Positions 38,956 to 53,912 of a DNA stretch of 64,000 nt are shown in pieces. Made by a program: the position numbers and the translations under genes. This DNA is from Octopus vulgaris (Eukaryota), in contig OX597824.1 of NCBI GenBank assembly GCA_951406725.2, positions 19,096,001-19,160,000 on the forward strand, written 5' to 3'. The notes beneath the pieces are model-generated. The model was not told the origin of the DNA. It did not search any database and was given only the letters and a program-made list of their open reading frames with translations. How positions within the stretch are numbered: position 1 is the first letter of the stretch; each line of letters opens with the position of its first letter.

Positions 38956-39928
38956 GTAAAATATGAAAAAATCAACGAAAATGCACGTTGTAAATAATAA
39001 AAGGCTTTTTATGACAGGTAACGACAAATATATACATTTAGATTGACTGAGGTAAAAATAAGAGTAATAAAAGTCATTATTATGAGATGATTATAAGATG
39101 ATAATAAAGTAAGAGAACAAAGCAAACCATGGTTTCGGCAAAAAGCTATTCATCGCTTTGAAAACACCGGTTAATACACGGTGTCAGGTCTAATAGTTCC
39201 TGAGAAAAAAGATTATTTATAAAGGAGGTAAGTAGTTCTGGATTTAGAGACGTGAGTGGTGTAGGAAGTGTATAGGGGTTAGTGGTTACAATTGAAGAGT
39301 TAGTGGTGTTCAGTATTGAGTTGTGTGTTCATATTTAGTTGGGGGAGAAATTTATTGATGAAAAATGCCTCTTTATTCAACCTCTGTTGAATTGTGGTGT
39401 TCTGTGAACATTGATAAAAGGGAAAGATTTGGAAATTGGGATTAAGATTCCTGGCACACCTTTCTATATGTTCACCCACCTTTAACTGTCTGTATTGTGG
39501 GTGGCGGATTTGCTCTTTGTGAATGGTGGTTCTTTGACGGAGCGAAATTCCTGTTTGTCCAATATAGAGTTTACCACATTCTATGCATGTCATGACATAA
39601 ATTACATTTACTGAGGCGCAGGTGAAATTTGATTTGATCTTAAATATTTCGATTTACATCCCTTACAAATAATCTTTTTTCTCAGGAACTATTAGACCTG
39701 ACACCGTGTATTAACCGGTGTTTTCAAAGCGATGAATAGCTTTTTGCCGAAACCATGGTTCGCTTTGTTCTCTTACTTTATTATCATCTTATAATCATCT
39801 CATAATAATGACTTTTATGACTCTTATTACTACCTCATTCAATCTAAATGTATATATTTGTCGTTACCTGTCATAAAAAGTCTTTTTTTATTTACAATGT
39901 GCATTTTCGTTGATTTTTCATATTTTAC
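38956..39928 (-). mobile_element. Truncated Penelope-like retroelement with an inverted terminal repeat
   Basis: ~270-bp inverted arms at 38956-39226 and 39659-39928 enclose a GIY-YIG reading frame. Confidence 0.9.
39300..39644 (-). pseudogene. GIY-YIG endonuclease domain of a Penelope-like element (5'-truncated, frame open)
   Basis: FKIKSNFTCASVNVIYVMTCIECGKLYIGQT..LRQR...H...EH...RLNKEAFFINKFLPQLN. No RT domain is present. Confidence 0.9.
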
Positions 39929-39929
39929 T

Positions 39930-39981
<52 letters not shown>

Positions 39982-40190
39982 TATACGCATGGACATGCGC
40001 TTATGCATATCTACGTGTGGTGTGAGTACGTAATCGCATACAACGTGTGTCTGTGTTTGTATATGTGTGTAGCTAAATTGTAAAATATAATTCTGTTACT
40101 GCATATATTTGCGTAGATGCATGCAGACATTATCAATTGTACATCTCACTACATGTATGTGTTTGCACATTTTTCGCATACGTGTATGCG

Positions 40191-40221
<31 letters not shown>

Positions 40222-40223
<2 letters not shown>

Positions 40224-40940
40224 TATGATGTATAATGTATGTATGTATGTATGTATGTATGTATGTATGTATGTATGTATGTATGTATGTATGTATTTAT
40301 GTATGTATGTATGTATGTATGTATGTATTTATGTATGTATGTATGTATGTATGTATGTATGTATGTATTTATGTAATGTATGTATGTATGTATGTATGTA
40401 TGTATGTATTTATGTAATGTATGTATGTATGTATGTATGTATGTATGTATGTATTTATGTATGTATTTATGTAATGTATGTATGTATGTATGTATGTATG
40501 TATGTATGTATGTATGTATGTATGTATGTATTTATGTAATGTATGTATGTATGTATGTATGTATGTATGTATGTATTTATGTAATGTATGTATGTATGTA
40601 TGTATGTATGTATGTATTTATGTAATGTATGTATGTATGTATGTATGTATGTATGTATGTATGTATTTATGTATGTATTTATGTATGTATGTATGTATGT
40701 ATGTATGCGTGTATGTATGTATGTATGTATGTATGTATGTATGTATGCATGTATGTATGTATGTATGTATGAATGTATGTAGGTATGTATGTATGTATGT
40801 ATGTATGCATGTATGTATGTATGCATGTATGTATGTATGTATGTATGCATGTATATATGTATGTATTTATGTATGTATGTATGTATGTATGTATGCATGT
40901 ATGTATGTATGTATGTATTTATGTATGTATTTATGTATAT
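40222..40940. repeat. (TATG)n array with recurring TTTATGTAATG variant
   Basis: Direct reading, ~700 bp. Confidence 0.95.
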
Positions 40941-41538
40941 GCGTGTGTGTGTATCTCTATTTTCTATGCATTTTTACTTAATTTACATCTTTCATAGCAG
41001 CAGTTATGTGACAATGCATGCGGGAGATTTGGTGTTGGTATTTCCGCTTTTAACCGCAACCATGTTTGTTCATAATCAACATATTGAACTTAAAATGAAC
41101 CTATTTTGTCAGCCCAGGTAACGAAACTATAATGATATCGGTTTGGCAGCTGATGATGCAGTGTATACGTTTGTTGTGTATTTATTTGTACAGGTTTTTT
41201 TATCGTGAATGTTTTATATGTTGCTTCTCCCCATGGTTTCTGAGTTGTTCCCTTTTTGAGAATCTGGTTCAGATAAGAGTAAGAATTACTAAGGGAATTT
41301 GTGGTTCACATACAGACAGACAGACACACACACACACACAAACATATTATACCTATATGTATATTGATGTATGTATATATATGTATATATGATTCATATG
41401 TATATCTGATATTGATGTATGTATGTATATGTGATTCATATACCTGTGCTTTTAAATGTGCCTAGTTTTTTGTTTCCTTTTATAAAAACTGTCAGATTTG
41501 GCCCGATCAATCTGTATGCACAGAGATAGATAGAGAGG

Positions 41539-41572
<34 letters not shown>

Positions 41573-41629
41573 CAGAGACAGAGACAGAGATAGAAGAGAG
41601 AAAGACAGTTTGATAAATTTAGGGATATA

Positions 41630-42004
41630 GGCGCAGTTGTGGCTGTGTGGTAAGTAGGTTGCTTAACAATCACATAGTTCCGGGTTCAGTCCCACTGCAT
41701 GGCACCTTGGGCAAATGTCTTCTACTATAGCCTTGGGCCGACCAAAGCCTTGTGAGTAGATTTGGTAGACGGAAACTGAAAGAAGCCCATTGTATATATG
41801 TGTGGGTGTGTTTGTGTATTTGTGTGTCTGTTTGTCCCCCCCCCCACCATCGCTTGACAACCGATGTTGGTGTTTTTACGTCTATGTAACTTACCGACAG
41901 AATTATTACTAGGCTTACAAAGAATAAGTCCTGGGTTCGACTAGTTCGACTAAAGGCGGTGCTCCAGCATGGCTGCAGTCAAATGACAGGAACGAATAAA
42001 AGAA
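41630..42004 (+). mobile_element. SINE B
   Basis: Family B head to tail. Confidence 0.9.
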
Positions 42005-42056
42005 TATATATATCTGTATATATATATGTACATATACATACATATGTATAGTTGTG

Positions 42057-42095
<39 letters not shown>

Positions 42096-42870
42096 GACAC
42101 ACGCATATATGTGTGTATGTGTATATAAATATATGCAAATATACATGTATATATGTATACGAATATATATTTTTATATACATGTACATATATAATATACA
42201 TTATATGTATATATGCATTTATATATATATATATATATCCATTTGCATACATGTATCTATATACGCATTATATTCACATGTTTGTAAGCATTTACGTATG
42301 CAAATAGGAAAGCTGGTTGTCCAAAAACAGGTGTTAGCCGCACCCAGTCGGAATGATAACAAGTAAACTGATAGCAATGGTCAAAAGGATGTTTTTCACT
42401 ATTAAAATGTCGTCTGGGCGCATTTACATGTCTGCTCGTGCGATGACCAGTGCTTTGCAACGGGTTACGGTGACATCTGAAGTGGCTGTGGGCGTCAAAA
42501 CAAATGGCTTCTTTTGTCATCATTTATGTATGAATGTCTTGTAATTGCGAGTGTGTCCCCGTGTACCTCTTTATGAATGCGCCTTTGCGAACATATACAC
42601 CAATAAAAACAAAAAAATGCGTGTGTATATGAGTGTGTATATATATGTATGTATGTATGTATGTATTTCGTATATATATATATATATGTGTGTATGTATG
42701 TGTATGATATATATGTGTATGTAGGTGTGTGTGTGTTTACTTCATTCACAAAAAAAAAAATTATTATTATAATTCGTTTAGTCAAATGTCATAAATCCTA
42801 TGATATTTTCATACAAAAATATCACCATCTGTTTAAACTTTGCTTCACGATACACCTACAATGAATTATA

Positions 42871-42915
<45 letters not shown>

Positions 42916-43056
42916 TCATATATGTATATATATGTGTGTGTGTGTATGTGTATATATATATGTATGTATGTATGTATATACAGCACACATTGTTAGCATA
43001 CGAAAGTTCAACGTCATATATACATCGTATGTGTGTCTTTGCCTAATATGTATCTG

Positions 43057-43118
<62 letters not shown>

Positions 43119-43162
43119 TATACATATATATATACACATATATATATATATGTATATATATC

Positions 43163-43224
<62 letters not shown>

Positions 43225-43594
43225 TATGAAATATATATCATATATATATATCATATTATAAATAAACGAAAGTTCATTAATATATATGCGTGCGTATGTA
43301 TGTGTGTATGTTGTTGTGCGTTTGTGTTTGTGTATCTATACCTGTGTGTGTGTGTGTGTGTATGATATCAGTCTGTGTGTGTGTGTCTGTTGGATGCTGG
43401 CATTGCATTGCAGAACCATTGTAATGTGCGATGGAGTTTATCAAGTTGACCTAAATTTACTATTTAGAAAATCTGGTTGCGGTGCCCTTTCGTGAAATAA
43501 TTTCCGGCCTGGACACGCGAAACCATTGACTACGACTGCTAGACCAACACATATAAACGCTCGCGCCGACACACCTGCGCACAATTATATATAC

Positions 43595-43668
<74 letters not shown>

Positions 43669-43762
43669 GTATATATATATATGTATATATATAAATATAT
43701 ATATGCATATATATATATATATGTATATATATGTATATATATATACAGAGAGAGAGAGGGGG

Positions 43763-43795
<33 letters not shown>

Positions 43796-43950
43796 CATAT
43801 ATATGTACATATATATGTGCGTGTGTATGTATGCATATATATATAAATATATGTATATTTATGTATACACATAAACCTATATATGTATATATATATATAT
43901 ATATATATACATATATAAACATATATACATACATATACTTATATAAATAA

Positions 43951-44291
43951 GTGAAGGCGCATGGCTCAGTAGGTAGAGCATCGGGCTTGCAGACGAGAGG
44001 TTATGAGTTCGATATCCCGGACCGGGCTGTGTGTTGTGTTCTTGAGCAAGACACTTTATCTCAGGTTGCTCCTGTTCAACTATCTGTAGAAATGAGTTGC
44101 GACGTCACTGGTGCCAAGCTGTAGCAGTCTTTGCCTTTCCTTTGGACAACATCTGTGGCGAGGAGAAAGGAAGCTGCTATTCATGGACGACTGCTGGTCT
44201 TCCTTAAAACAACCTTGCCCACACTTGTTCCTCGGAGGACAATCTTCTAGGTGCCATCCCATGACCCTTCATTACCCAAGAGGGTTCTTTT
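43951..44291 (+). mobile_element. tRNA-derived SINE, C-type head plus tail T4
   Basis: GAAGGCGCATGGCTCAGT...GAGTTCGAT...CTTGAGCAAGACACTTTAT. Homologues at 54245 and 55960. Confidence 0.85.
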
Positions 44292-44859
44292 ATACATATA
44301 TATACAAGTAGAATCCAGGTGATCACCTCACTAGCACTTCTTGCAGGAACCTGGCTATCATAGTGTTTGAATACCGGTACAAGTGTTACTACGGCCAATT
44401 ACTGAAAGGGCAATTTTCCAATGCAAGGCCTGTACATTAAATAGTTATAATTTCACAGAGTACATATCAAAAATATCAGATGAAAAAAACTTAAGTCAAA
44501 ACATACTTTTCGGTGAACAAACACCATTTATTTTGTATTCCATCCTCAGTTGTACCATTTATGCAATAAATTTAATATTGATTCACTTCCTTACACATAA
44601 TTTGAACCATAATCAACTTAGATATAATCGAATTATACACGTATGGAATTAAATAAATGCCAAACGCGAGAGGAAATTATGTAAAGCATTTCTTTGGCTT
44701 ACGGCTCTTTCTGCTATCAGGAGCTGTGCAATCAGGGCTGAGTGCATGTGCGTCAATGTATAGCTTCCACGGAGCTTCAAAGATGAATTACAAGCATCGC
44801 TATGCCTAAACGATATATATTTATATATATATGCATGCATATATATTTATATATATTCT

Positions 44860-45075
44860 TTTTTTCTTTTACTCGTTTCAGTCATTTCACTGAAGCCATG
44901 CTGGAGCACCGCCTTGGAATGTTTTTTTATCAAACAATTCGATCCCAGGGCTTGTATTTAAACCTAGTACATATTCTATCATTTCTTGGCCGACCCGCTA
45001 AGTTACGGGGACTGAAACACACCAAAACTGGTCGTCAAGTGACGATGAGGAGGCAAGCACAGGCACAAAGGCATA
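44860..45075 (-). mobile_element. SINE B 3' half, diverged
   Basis: GCCATGCTGGAGCACCGCC tail motif. Confidence 0.75.
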
Positions 45076-45086
45076 CATGCAGATAG

Positions 45087-45190
<104 letters not shown>

Positions 45191-45217
45191 TGCGCTCCTT
45201 CTATATAATAAAATAAA

Positions 45218-45262
<45 letters not shown>

Positions 45263-45264
45263 AA

Positions 45265-45504
45265 GCATGCGCCCTAGCCAGGCTCATGGGCCGAGTTTCC
45301 CGGTTTTTATGGCGTATGTGTTCCTCAGCTGGACAGGATGCCAGTCCATCGCAGCGTTACTCATTTTTGCCAGCTGAGTGGACTGGAGCAACGTGAAATG
45401 AAGTGTTTTGCTCAAGAATACAACGCGTCCCCCGGTCCAGGAATCGAAACCACAATCTTACGATCATGGTGCTGACACCCCAACCACTTAGCCACGCGCT
45501 TCCA
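45265..45504 (-). mobile_element. SINE, head C plus T3-like tail
   Basis: C-type head and core followed by GCTGCGATGGACTGGCATCC...GGGAAACTCGGCCCATGAGCC. Confidence 0.8.
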
Positions 45505-45528
45505 CACACACACACACACACATACACA

Positions 45529-45624
<96 letters not shown>

Positions 45625-45631
45625 CATACAT

Positions 45632-46088
45632 AACCCCAAGGACAAAGAAATAAGAACCCACAGTATGGTAGAAGCCATAGCCACTCATAATAAAAAGGAA
45701 TACTGGTGGAATGTCCCAGAGAAGACCTCAATATAATGTAAGCACAACAGACCTGATATAATGATTTGGGATAGAGAAGACAAAACGGTTCACAGTTGTG
45801 GAAATTATCTGCCCAGCGAATGTTAACAGAAAGCTGAAGATCAGTGAAAAAGAGAATACCTATGCTGAACTATTGAGAAATCTGCAGTTACAGTATCCAG
45901 ATTACAAGTTCAGGTTTATACCTGTAATTATAGGGTCCCTCAGATAGGTAACACACTGCCTAAATGCCATTCTTGAGAAATTAGGCTTCTCAAAACCAGA
46001 AAGGAGAAAGCTGATTCCAAGACTACCGATCCAATCCATCACTGGAACTGTAAATATCTGTAAAACATTGCAGAAGTTTATCATCTAA
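45632..46088 (+). pseudogene. C-terminal restriction-like endonuclease domain of an R4/Dong-like non-LTR retrotransposon
   Basis: My translation: EYWWNVPEKTSI*CKHNRPDIMIWDRE(fs)VVEIICPANVN...EKENTYAELLRNL...FIPVIIGSL...KFII*. The putative 3' UTR continues to ~46600. Confidence 0.8.
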
Positions 46089-46281
46089 ATATATATGAGC
46101 ATGTCTAGATATGCAACTATATGCATGAGAATACATACATAAAACAAAAGATACAAATCTGCGCATATACATACATATATACATAGAAACAAACAAAAAT
46201 ACCCTGTTGTTGCTGTTGAAATTCCAATGAAGGAGCCTTGAATCTAGGTTAGAAACAACCTCTTTCTCTATTGGCAAGAAA

Positions 46282-46575
46282 TATATATATAAAAGTGAAG
46301 TTGTGTGTATGTCTCCTACGATTTAGATTCCTAAGTACTCCCACATTTTGCGGTGCAGTTTAACCAAAAGCGGGTATCTTATAGTCGTGATTCATATCGA
46401 GCCCTTCTGGGTATTAGCGCACGTCTACGATAAGTCAACGATTTTTAAAAACATTTACCATCATTTTTTTCCATTTTTAATGCATTCTTTTGCTATTTTT
46501 GGGCTATAACTCTCTAAAAATGCTTATATAGTTATTTCCCTTACAAATCCGAGCAACCCAGGGCGATACTGCTAG
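46282..46575 (+). mobile_element. Non-autonomous Helitron, copy 3
   Basis: Same body as 12036, ends GGGCGATACTGCTAG|T. Inserted in the LINE 3' UTR. Confidence 0.85.
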
Positions 46576-46605
46576 TCTTGAAATAAAACTGAAATAAAAT
46601 TGAAC

Positions 46606-46940
46606 AAACTAAGATTAGAGAATTAGATTCCTTCGAAGAAAGCAGCAAATGTATACAAAAACAAATTTCCGTCCTTATTTTAGTATACATTCGCTGCTTT
46701 CTTCCAAGGAATCTAATGCTCTTAGCTTAGTTTATCCTTGGGGCTGGCCAGATTGGAGCAACCTCGAGTATAATCAACCGAAATTGCGAGAATAATCTGG
46801 TGCTTAACTGAGGAAAGAAAAATTCGAATGACCCGTCCTTGTTTTCTTTGTATCGTCTATCTGGATGTCTTGTTGTCCCATTTTTGTATCACCTAACTGT
46901 CTGGATGTTTTGCGTTCTTATCCCACTTTGTATTTTATAT
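46606..46940 (+). repeat. Repeat with a 5' foldback (arms ~46606-46655 and 46683-46733), homologous to 48860-49110 (minus)
   Basis: Shared CTAATGCTC..GCTTAGTTT..GGGCTGGCC..AATCA.CCGAAATT..CGAATG.CC.GTCC. Confidence 0.65.
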
Positions 46941-47145
46941 ATATGGAAGCGTACGTACACTTTGGTCTCTTATGTATATATATATATATATATATATATA
47001 GTTAATCCAAACAAGAGAGCACAAAAAAACACAACAACGTGAGGACGTGGAACAAATATAGTATTATTGTATAGTATATAGAATATATTGTATAGTATAT
47101 AGTATATTGTATAGTATATAGTATTATTGTATAGTATATAGTATA

Positions 47146-47189
<44 letters not shown>

Positions 47190-47785
47190 GAATGTCTGTA
47201 AATAAATCAATGGAAATATCTGCTTTTGTGTATGTATATGCTTACATACATGCATGCATACTTGTATACGTTCATGCATATATACGTACATACATACATA
47301 CATACATACATACATACATACATACATACATACAGACTTATATACATACATACAAATACACGCACACATACATACAGCCATACGTACGTACGTACATACA
47401 TACATACGTATATGCATACATACATACATACATACATACATACATACACACACACATACATTCATACATACATACATACATACACACACCGGCATCCGTG
47501 TATGGAGGCATCTCATACAGAGGCGGTGATCCTCATCCGTGTTATGAATCATTGATGTTACGAAGCTTTATTAACATCCGCATCTGTTCTCCTCCAACTG
47601 AATCCGTCATCGCTGAATATTGTAAGATGTTATTTCACATTGCACAATACGGTTGACAGTGTTAACCCAACTTCCGGTAAGACACTGGCCCCGTCAATTG
47701 CCCGACGGCCTCAAGAAGAGCTGGCTTCATATGTGTGTGTGTGTGTGTGTGTAACCTTCGCGACTAAGTTAACACTATGTTGAAC

Positions 47786-47820
<35 letters not shown>

Positions 47821-47908
47821 CTCTCTCTCTCTCTGTCTCCCTCTCTCTCTCCCTCTTACACACACTATCTCTCCTCTCTCTTTCCCTCTCAAACTCTCTC
47901 TCTATCTG

Positions 47909-47974
<66 letters not shown>

Positions 47975-48060
47975 CACTTTTTCTGTCTCCCTCTCTCTCT
48001 TTATATATATATATGTATATATAAACATATATATATATATGTGTATATATATATATGTGT

Positions 48061-48105
<45 letters not shown>

Positions 48106-48267
48106 AACATATATATATATGTGTGTGTGTGTATGTATATATGTATGTATTTTGTACGTATGTATGTATCGGCTATTGCTTAATTTTTACCCATAACCTA
48201 CCTTTATATGTCACCTTTTATCTATTTATCAACCTTCCTAGCAGGCTATATTCCTCCCACACCTTCG

Positions 48268-48357
<90 letters not shown>

Positions 48358-48427
48358 CTGTCTGTCTGTCTATCTGTCTGTCTATCTGTCTGTCTCTTTC
48401 TCGTTGACTTCCCCACATATATACATA

Positions 48428-48590
48428 AGTGGCTGTGTGCTAAGTAGCTTGCTAACCAACCACATGGTTCCGGGTTCAGTCCCACAGCGTGGCATCTTGG
48501 GCGAGTGTCTTCTGCTATAGCCCTGGGCCGACCAATGCCTTGTGAATGGATTTGGTAGACGGAAACTGAAAGAAGCCTGTCGTATACATG

Positions 48591-48623
<33 letters not shown>

Positions 48624-48822
48624 TTGTGTGTCTGTGTTTGTCCCCCTAGCATTGCTTGACAACCGATGCTGGTGTGTTTACGTCCCCGTCACTTAGCGGT
48701 TCGGCAAAAAGACCGAGAGAATAAGTACTGGGCTTACAAAGAATAAGTCCCGGGGTCGATTTGCTCGACTAAAGACGTTGCTCCAGCATGGCCGCAGTCA
48801 AATGATTGAAACAAGTAAAACA

Positions 48823-48823
<1 letters not shown>
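48428..48823 (+). mobile_element. SINE B (young subfamily)
   Basis: Diagnostic GCTAACCA, GGCATCTTGG and ACCAATGCC shared with 53662 and 61765. Confidence 0.9.
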
Positions 48824-48859
<36 letters not shown>

Positions 48860-49490
48860 GGTATGTAGAAAAATACAACATGGACAAGAACGTATAACTC
48901 AAGAAAACGATACAATAAACACGGACAGGACATTCGAAACCCTCAGTCTTCAGTCAAGAACCGGATCATCGTAGTAATTTCGGCTGATTAATCTTGAGAT
49001 TACTAGATCACGGCCAGCCCTCCAAGAAAAACTAAGCAACGAGCATTAGAAAAACTAAGCTGGGAGCGTAGATTTCCTGGAAGAAGGATCGAATGCATAC
49101 GGACACCAGGACAGCAAAAGGGACGAATATAAAAAACAAAAAAATAATGGAATACAGAAACATGAAATACAGAAGCATTAACGGTGAAAACAATATATAT
49201 ATATAAAGTTAATCCAAACAAGAAAACAAAAAAGACAACAACGCGAGGAGGTGGAACAATTAGAGTATTATTAGGCGCTCAGGAAAAAGGGGAAGAAGGA
49301 ATAGATAGATAGATAGATCGAAACATACATACATACATACATACATATATAAACAGGAAGACACTCACGAACGCGCACAGATACGCGCGCGCGCGCACAC
49401 AAACACATATGTCACCCATAGTCACATTTAGCGACGATTGAACTTTTCCTCTATACATATTATTCTTATTATGATATATACATACACACC

Positions 49491-49567
<77 letters not shown>

Positions 49568-49833
49568 CTCGCTTACATACACACAAACACACACACGTGT
49601 ATTTTAATGTATGCGTTTTATTTTTTGCTACTATTGCTAACTATTTCATCATCTATGTATTTGTCGCTCAGTCCCTCTCTCTGCACACAATAACATGACT
49701 ACACTGATATTTGTCTTTCTCGATTTTTTCCCGCCGTTTTATATGTATTTGTCTCTGACTGCAGCCATTTTTCTCTCATTTCTCAATGGCATTAATTCCT
49801 TCATTTCTCCCAGATAGATAGAAAGATAGATAA

Positions 49834-49889
<56 letters not shown>

Positions 49890-49977
49890 GATAGAGAGAG
49901 AGAGAGTGGAGGGGAGAGAGAGAAGGTGAGAGAGAGAAGATAGACAGACATAGATAGACAGACATAGATAGACAGAC

Positions 49978-50045
<68 letters not shown>

Positions 50046-50100
50046 AATAGATAGATAAATAGACAGACAGACAGACTGACAGACAGACAGACAGAAAGAC

Positions 50101-50135
<35 letters not shown>

Positions 50136-50307
50136 CAGACAGATAGATAGATAGAGAAAAAGTGAATGAGAGGTAGTTTTCAATACATTTATCTAACTCT
50201 TCATCTACCAATAAAGTCACTCGCATTGCGGTGTATCTTTTTTTTACGCTCTCTTCTCTCTTTTCCCCCTCTCTCACACTCTCTTTGCATAATAACATGC
50301 TTATATA

Positions 50308-50354
<47 letters not shown>

Positions 50355-50635
50355 GTATGTGTGTGTATGTATATATATGATATATATAAAATAAAATAAT
50401 ATATATGTATATAATATACATTTATATAAAATATGCATATATTTATGTATATATATATGCATGCATATATATACATATATATATAGTATGTATATGCCCC
50501 CACCCCAAACCCACACATGCATGCATATATATACGGGTATAAATGCACGTATAGGGGCACACATACAGAAACAGGTACACGTCTGTGTGTCTATATATGC
50601 ATATATATATATATATATACCTATATGTATATGCA

Positions 50636-50736
<101 letters not shown>

Positions 50737-51358
50737 AGGTATACATACATATATATATACATATATATATATATATATGTATACTTGTCGACTTTATATC
50801 TCTGCGGTATTTATCACAGAGCTTTATCACAGATTTTAAATGTCAAGCAAAAAGCGACAACACTTCATCTATAGATTGATGAGTTTAACCGTCTTGCTAT
50901 ATATTGCCAGACATCAAATATTTAGAATACTGCCCCCTCCCCCATTTTTTTTTCTTCACTTTGGACCGTCGAAAATCTTTATTGAAATTATAGTTGTCAA
51001 CAATTCTACGAATGTCTCTGATTTATTCCCTCTGCTATTAATTGATATAGATATATATATTTTTTTTATCTTACTTTTGTCTTGTTTATTTACCGTCTGT
51101 CTTTCAGACTTTCTGTGTTTTCTTACATATTACATTTTTCTATGTGTTAAGGGGACTTCCGTTGAAGCATTCTCTCAGAGTTATTTACTTCAGATTTTTC
51201 TCTCCTAGCCGGTGGCTATTAAAGCAATTCTCTGATGGAGTCCAGCGTTTTCTGCTTTCTCTTAATCTACGTCTTTGAGATTTAATCAATTAGAAATCTT
51301 GCATTTGGCATCATGCCCTATATACATATGTACGGGATAAGTGTTTCTGCATGTATAC

Positions 51359-51392
<34 letters not shown>

Positions 51393-51438
51393 TTATATTT
51401 ATATATATTATATATATAAAAAAAAAATATATATATAT

Positions 51439-51572
<134 letters not shown>

Positions 51573-51610
51573 TATAATATATATATATATATATATAAGA
51601 TTATGAGAGG

Positions 51611-51685
<75 letters not shown>

Positions 51686-52021
51686 TATATACATTTGTGC
51701 GTGTGTGTATAGGTATATATATATATATATATACCTATACACACGCACAAATGTATCTAGGTGTATGCCTGTATAGGTATACGATGCGCATACACAAACA
51801 CATGCATATACATATATATATATATATATCATATACAAATGTATAGATGTATACAAATATCTATGGATTTATGCATACTTACATATGCGTATACATATAG
51901 ACTTGTACGTTTATATGTATACGCACACGCACACACGTACACACTTATAAACGTATATATACGCATTTGTGCGGCATACCGGAGATATGTAATATAAATG
52001 TATAAGTATATAAATATATAA

Positions 52022-52074
<53 letters not shown>

Positions 52075-52301
52075 AACATACGTATATGTGCGTACGCTTA
52101 TATTCGTGGATATATGATTGTGCGTGAGTGTGTGTGTGCGTGAGTGTGTGTGTTTGTGTGTTTGTGTGTTTGAATGCGTGCGTCCTTGCGTGTGTCCTTG
52201 TGTGTGTCCGTCCGTCCGTGCGCCTGTGAAAGTCTGCGCGGCAATTTTAGTGTTCTAACAAATACCAATTAAACACTTACTGAACCGACAGATCAGATAT
52301 A

Positions 52302-52400
52302 CAGCAATCCCACGACTACCGCGGCTGTTACGTTTCAAACAACAGCCCACCCCGCGATAGGTGAAAATCCGCGAAGTAGAAACAGTACTATACCGTATTA
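52302..52400 (+). mobile_element. pogo/Tigger-like MITE end fragment
   Basis: TA|CAGCAATCCCACGACTACCGCGG...CCCCGCGATAGGTGAAAATCCGCGAAGTAG resembles Tigger-type termini. No second TIR seen. Confidence 0.5.
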
Positions 52401-52425
52401 CTTTTATTACTATTTTTATAATTTG

Positions 52426-52470
<45 letters not shown>

Positions 52471-52472
<2 letters not shown>

Positions 52473-52681
52473 TCTTTTACTCTTTTACTTGTTTCAGTCA
52501 TTTGACTGAGGCCATGCTGGAGCACCGCCTTTAGTCGAGCAAATCGACCCCAGGACTTATTCTTTGTAAGCCTAATACTTATTCTATTGGTCTCTTTTGT
52601 CGAACCACTAAGTTACGGGGACGTAAACACACCAGCATCGCTTGTCAAGCGATGGGGGGGAGACAAATACACACACAAACA

Positions 52682-52731
<50 letters not shown>

Positions 52732-52901
52732 CATATATACAATGGCTTCTTTCAGTTTCCGTCTACCAAATCCACTCACAAGGCTTTGGTCAGCCCTAGG
52801 CTATAATAGAAGACACTTGCCCAAGGTGCCATTCAATGGGACTGAACCCGGAACCATGTGGTTGATAAGCAAGCTACTTACCACACAGCCACTCGTGCGC
52901 C
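52471..52901 (-). mobile_element. SINE B, full length
   Basis: Reverse-complement family B. Confidence 0.9.
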
Positions 52902-53122
52902 TATATAATATTTTTATTATTTGTATATATTATTTTATGATAAAGGCAAAGGAATTGACGTAAGCTGAAATAATAAACCGTGATAGGTGGACCTTGATAT
53001 GGTGAGGGTTTTCTGTACCATGAAATTCCAGGTTTCGCCTAACGGTAATTCAACCATCAGACTTGTTGAATAAGCCATAAGGCGAAACTTGACGTTCTGT
53101 GACAAAATTACTTTATACAATA

Positions 53123-53500
53123 GGCGCAGGAGAGGCTGTGTGGTAAGTAGCTTGCTCACCAGCTATATGATTCTTGTTTCAGTTCCACCGTGTGGCACCT
53201 TGGACAAGTGTCTGCTACTAAAATGCCTCGAACCGACCAAAGCCTTGTGAGTGGATTTGGTAGACAGAAACCGAAAAAATCCTGGCGTATATATGTATCT
53301 GTGTGTGTGTGTTTGACCCCTACCGTGACTTTATAACCGATGCTGGTGTGTTTACGTCCCCGTAACTCAGCTGTTCAGCAAAGTAGTCCGATAGAAGAAG
53401 TACTAGATTTACAAAGAATAAGTCCTTGGGTCGATTTGTTCGACTAAAGGCGGTGCTCCAGCATGGCCGCAGTCAAATGTCTGAAACAAGTAAAAGAGAA
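53123..53500 (+). mobile_element. SINE B, full length
   Basis: Family B head to tail. Confidence 0.9.
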
Positions 53501-53661
53501 AAATAATAGGTAGTTAAAAGAATAGCGGTTAAAAAGCTTGCTTCCAAGAGTGCGCTCTTGGGTTCAGTCTCACCTCGCGGTACGTTGGGCAAGTGTCTTC
53601 CACCCTATCTCCGTTCCGGCCAAAGCTCTGTGAAACCTAAAGTCCGTCATACATATATATA

Positions 53662-53830
53662 GGCGCAGGAGTGGCTGTGTGGTAAGTAGCTTGCTAACCA
53701 GCCACATGGTTCCGGGTTCAGTCCCACTGCGTGGCATCTTGGGCAAGTGTCTTCTGCTATAGCCCCGGGCCGACCAATGCCTTGTGAGTGGATTTGGTAG
53801 ACGGAAACTGAAAGAAGCCTGTCGTATATG

Positions 53831-53912
<82 letters not shown>

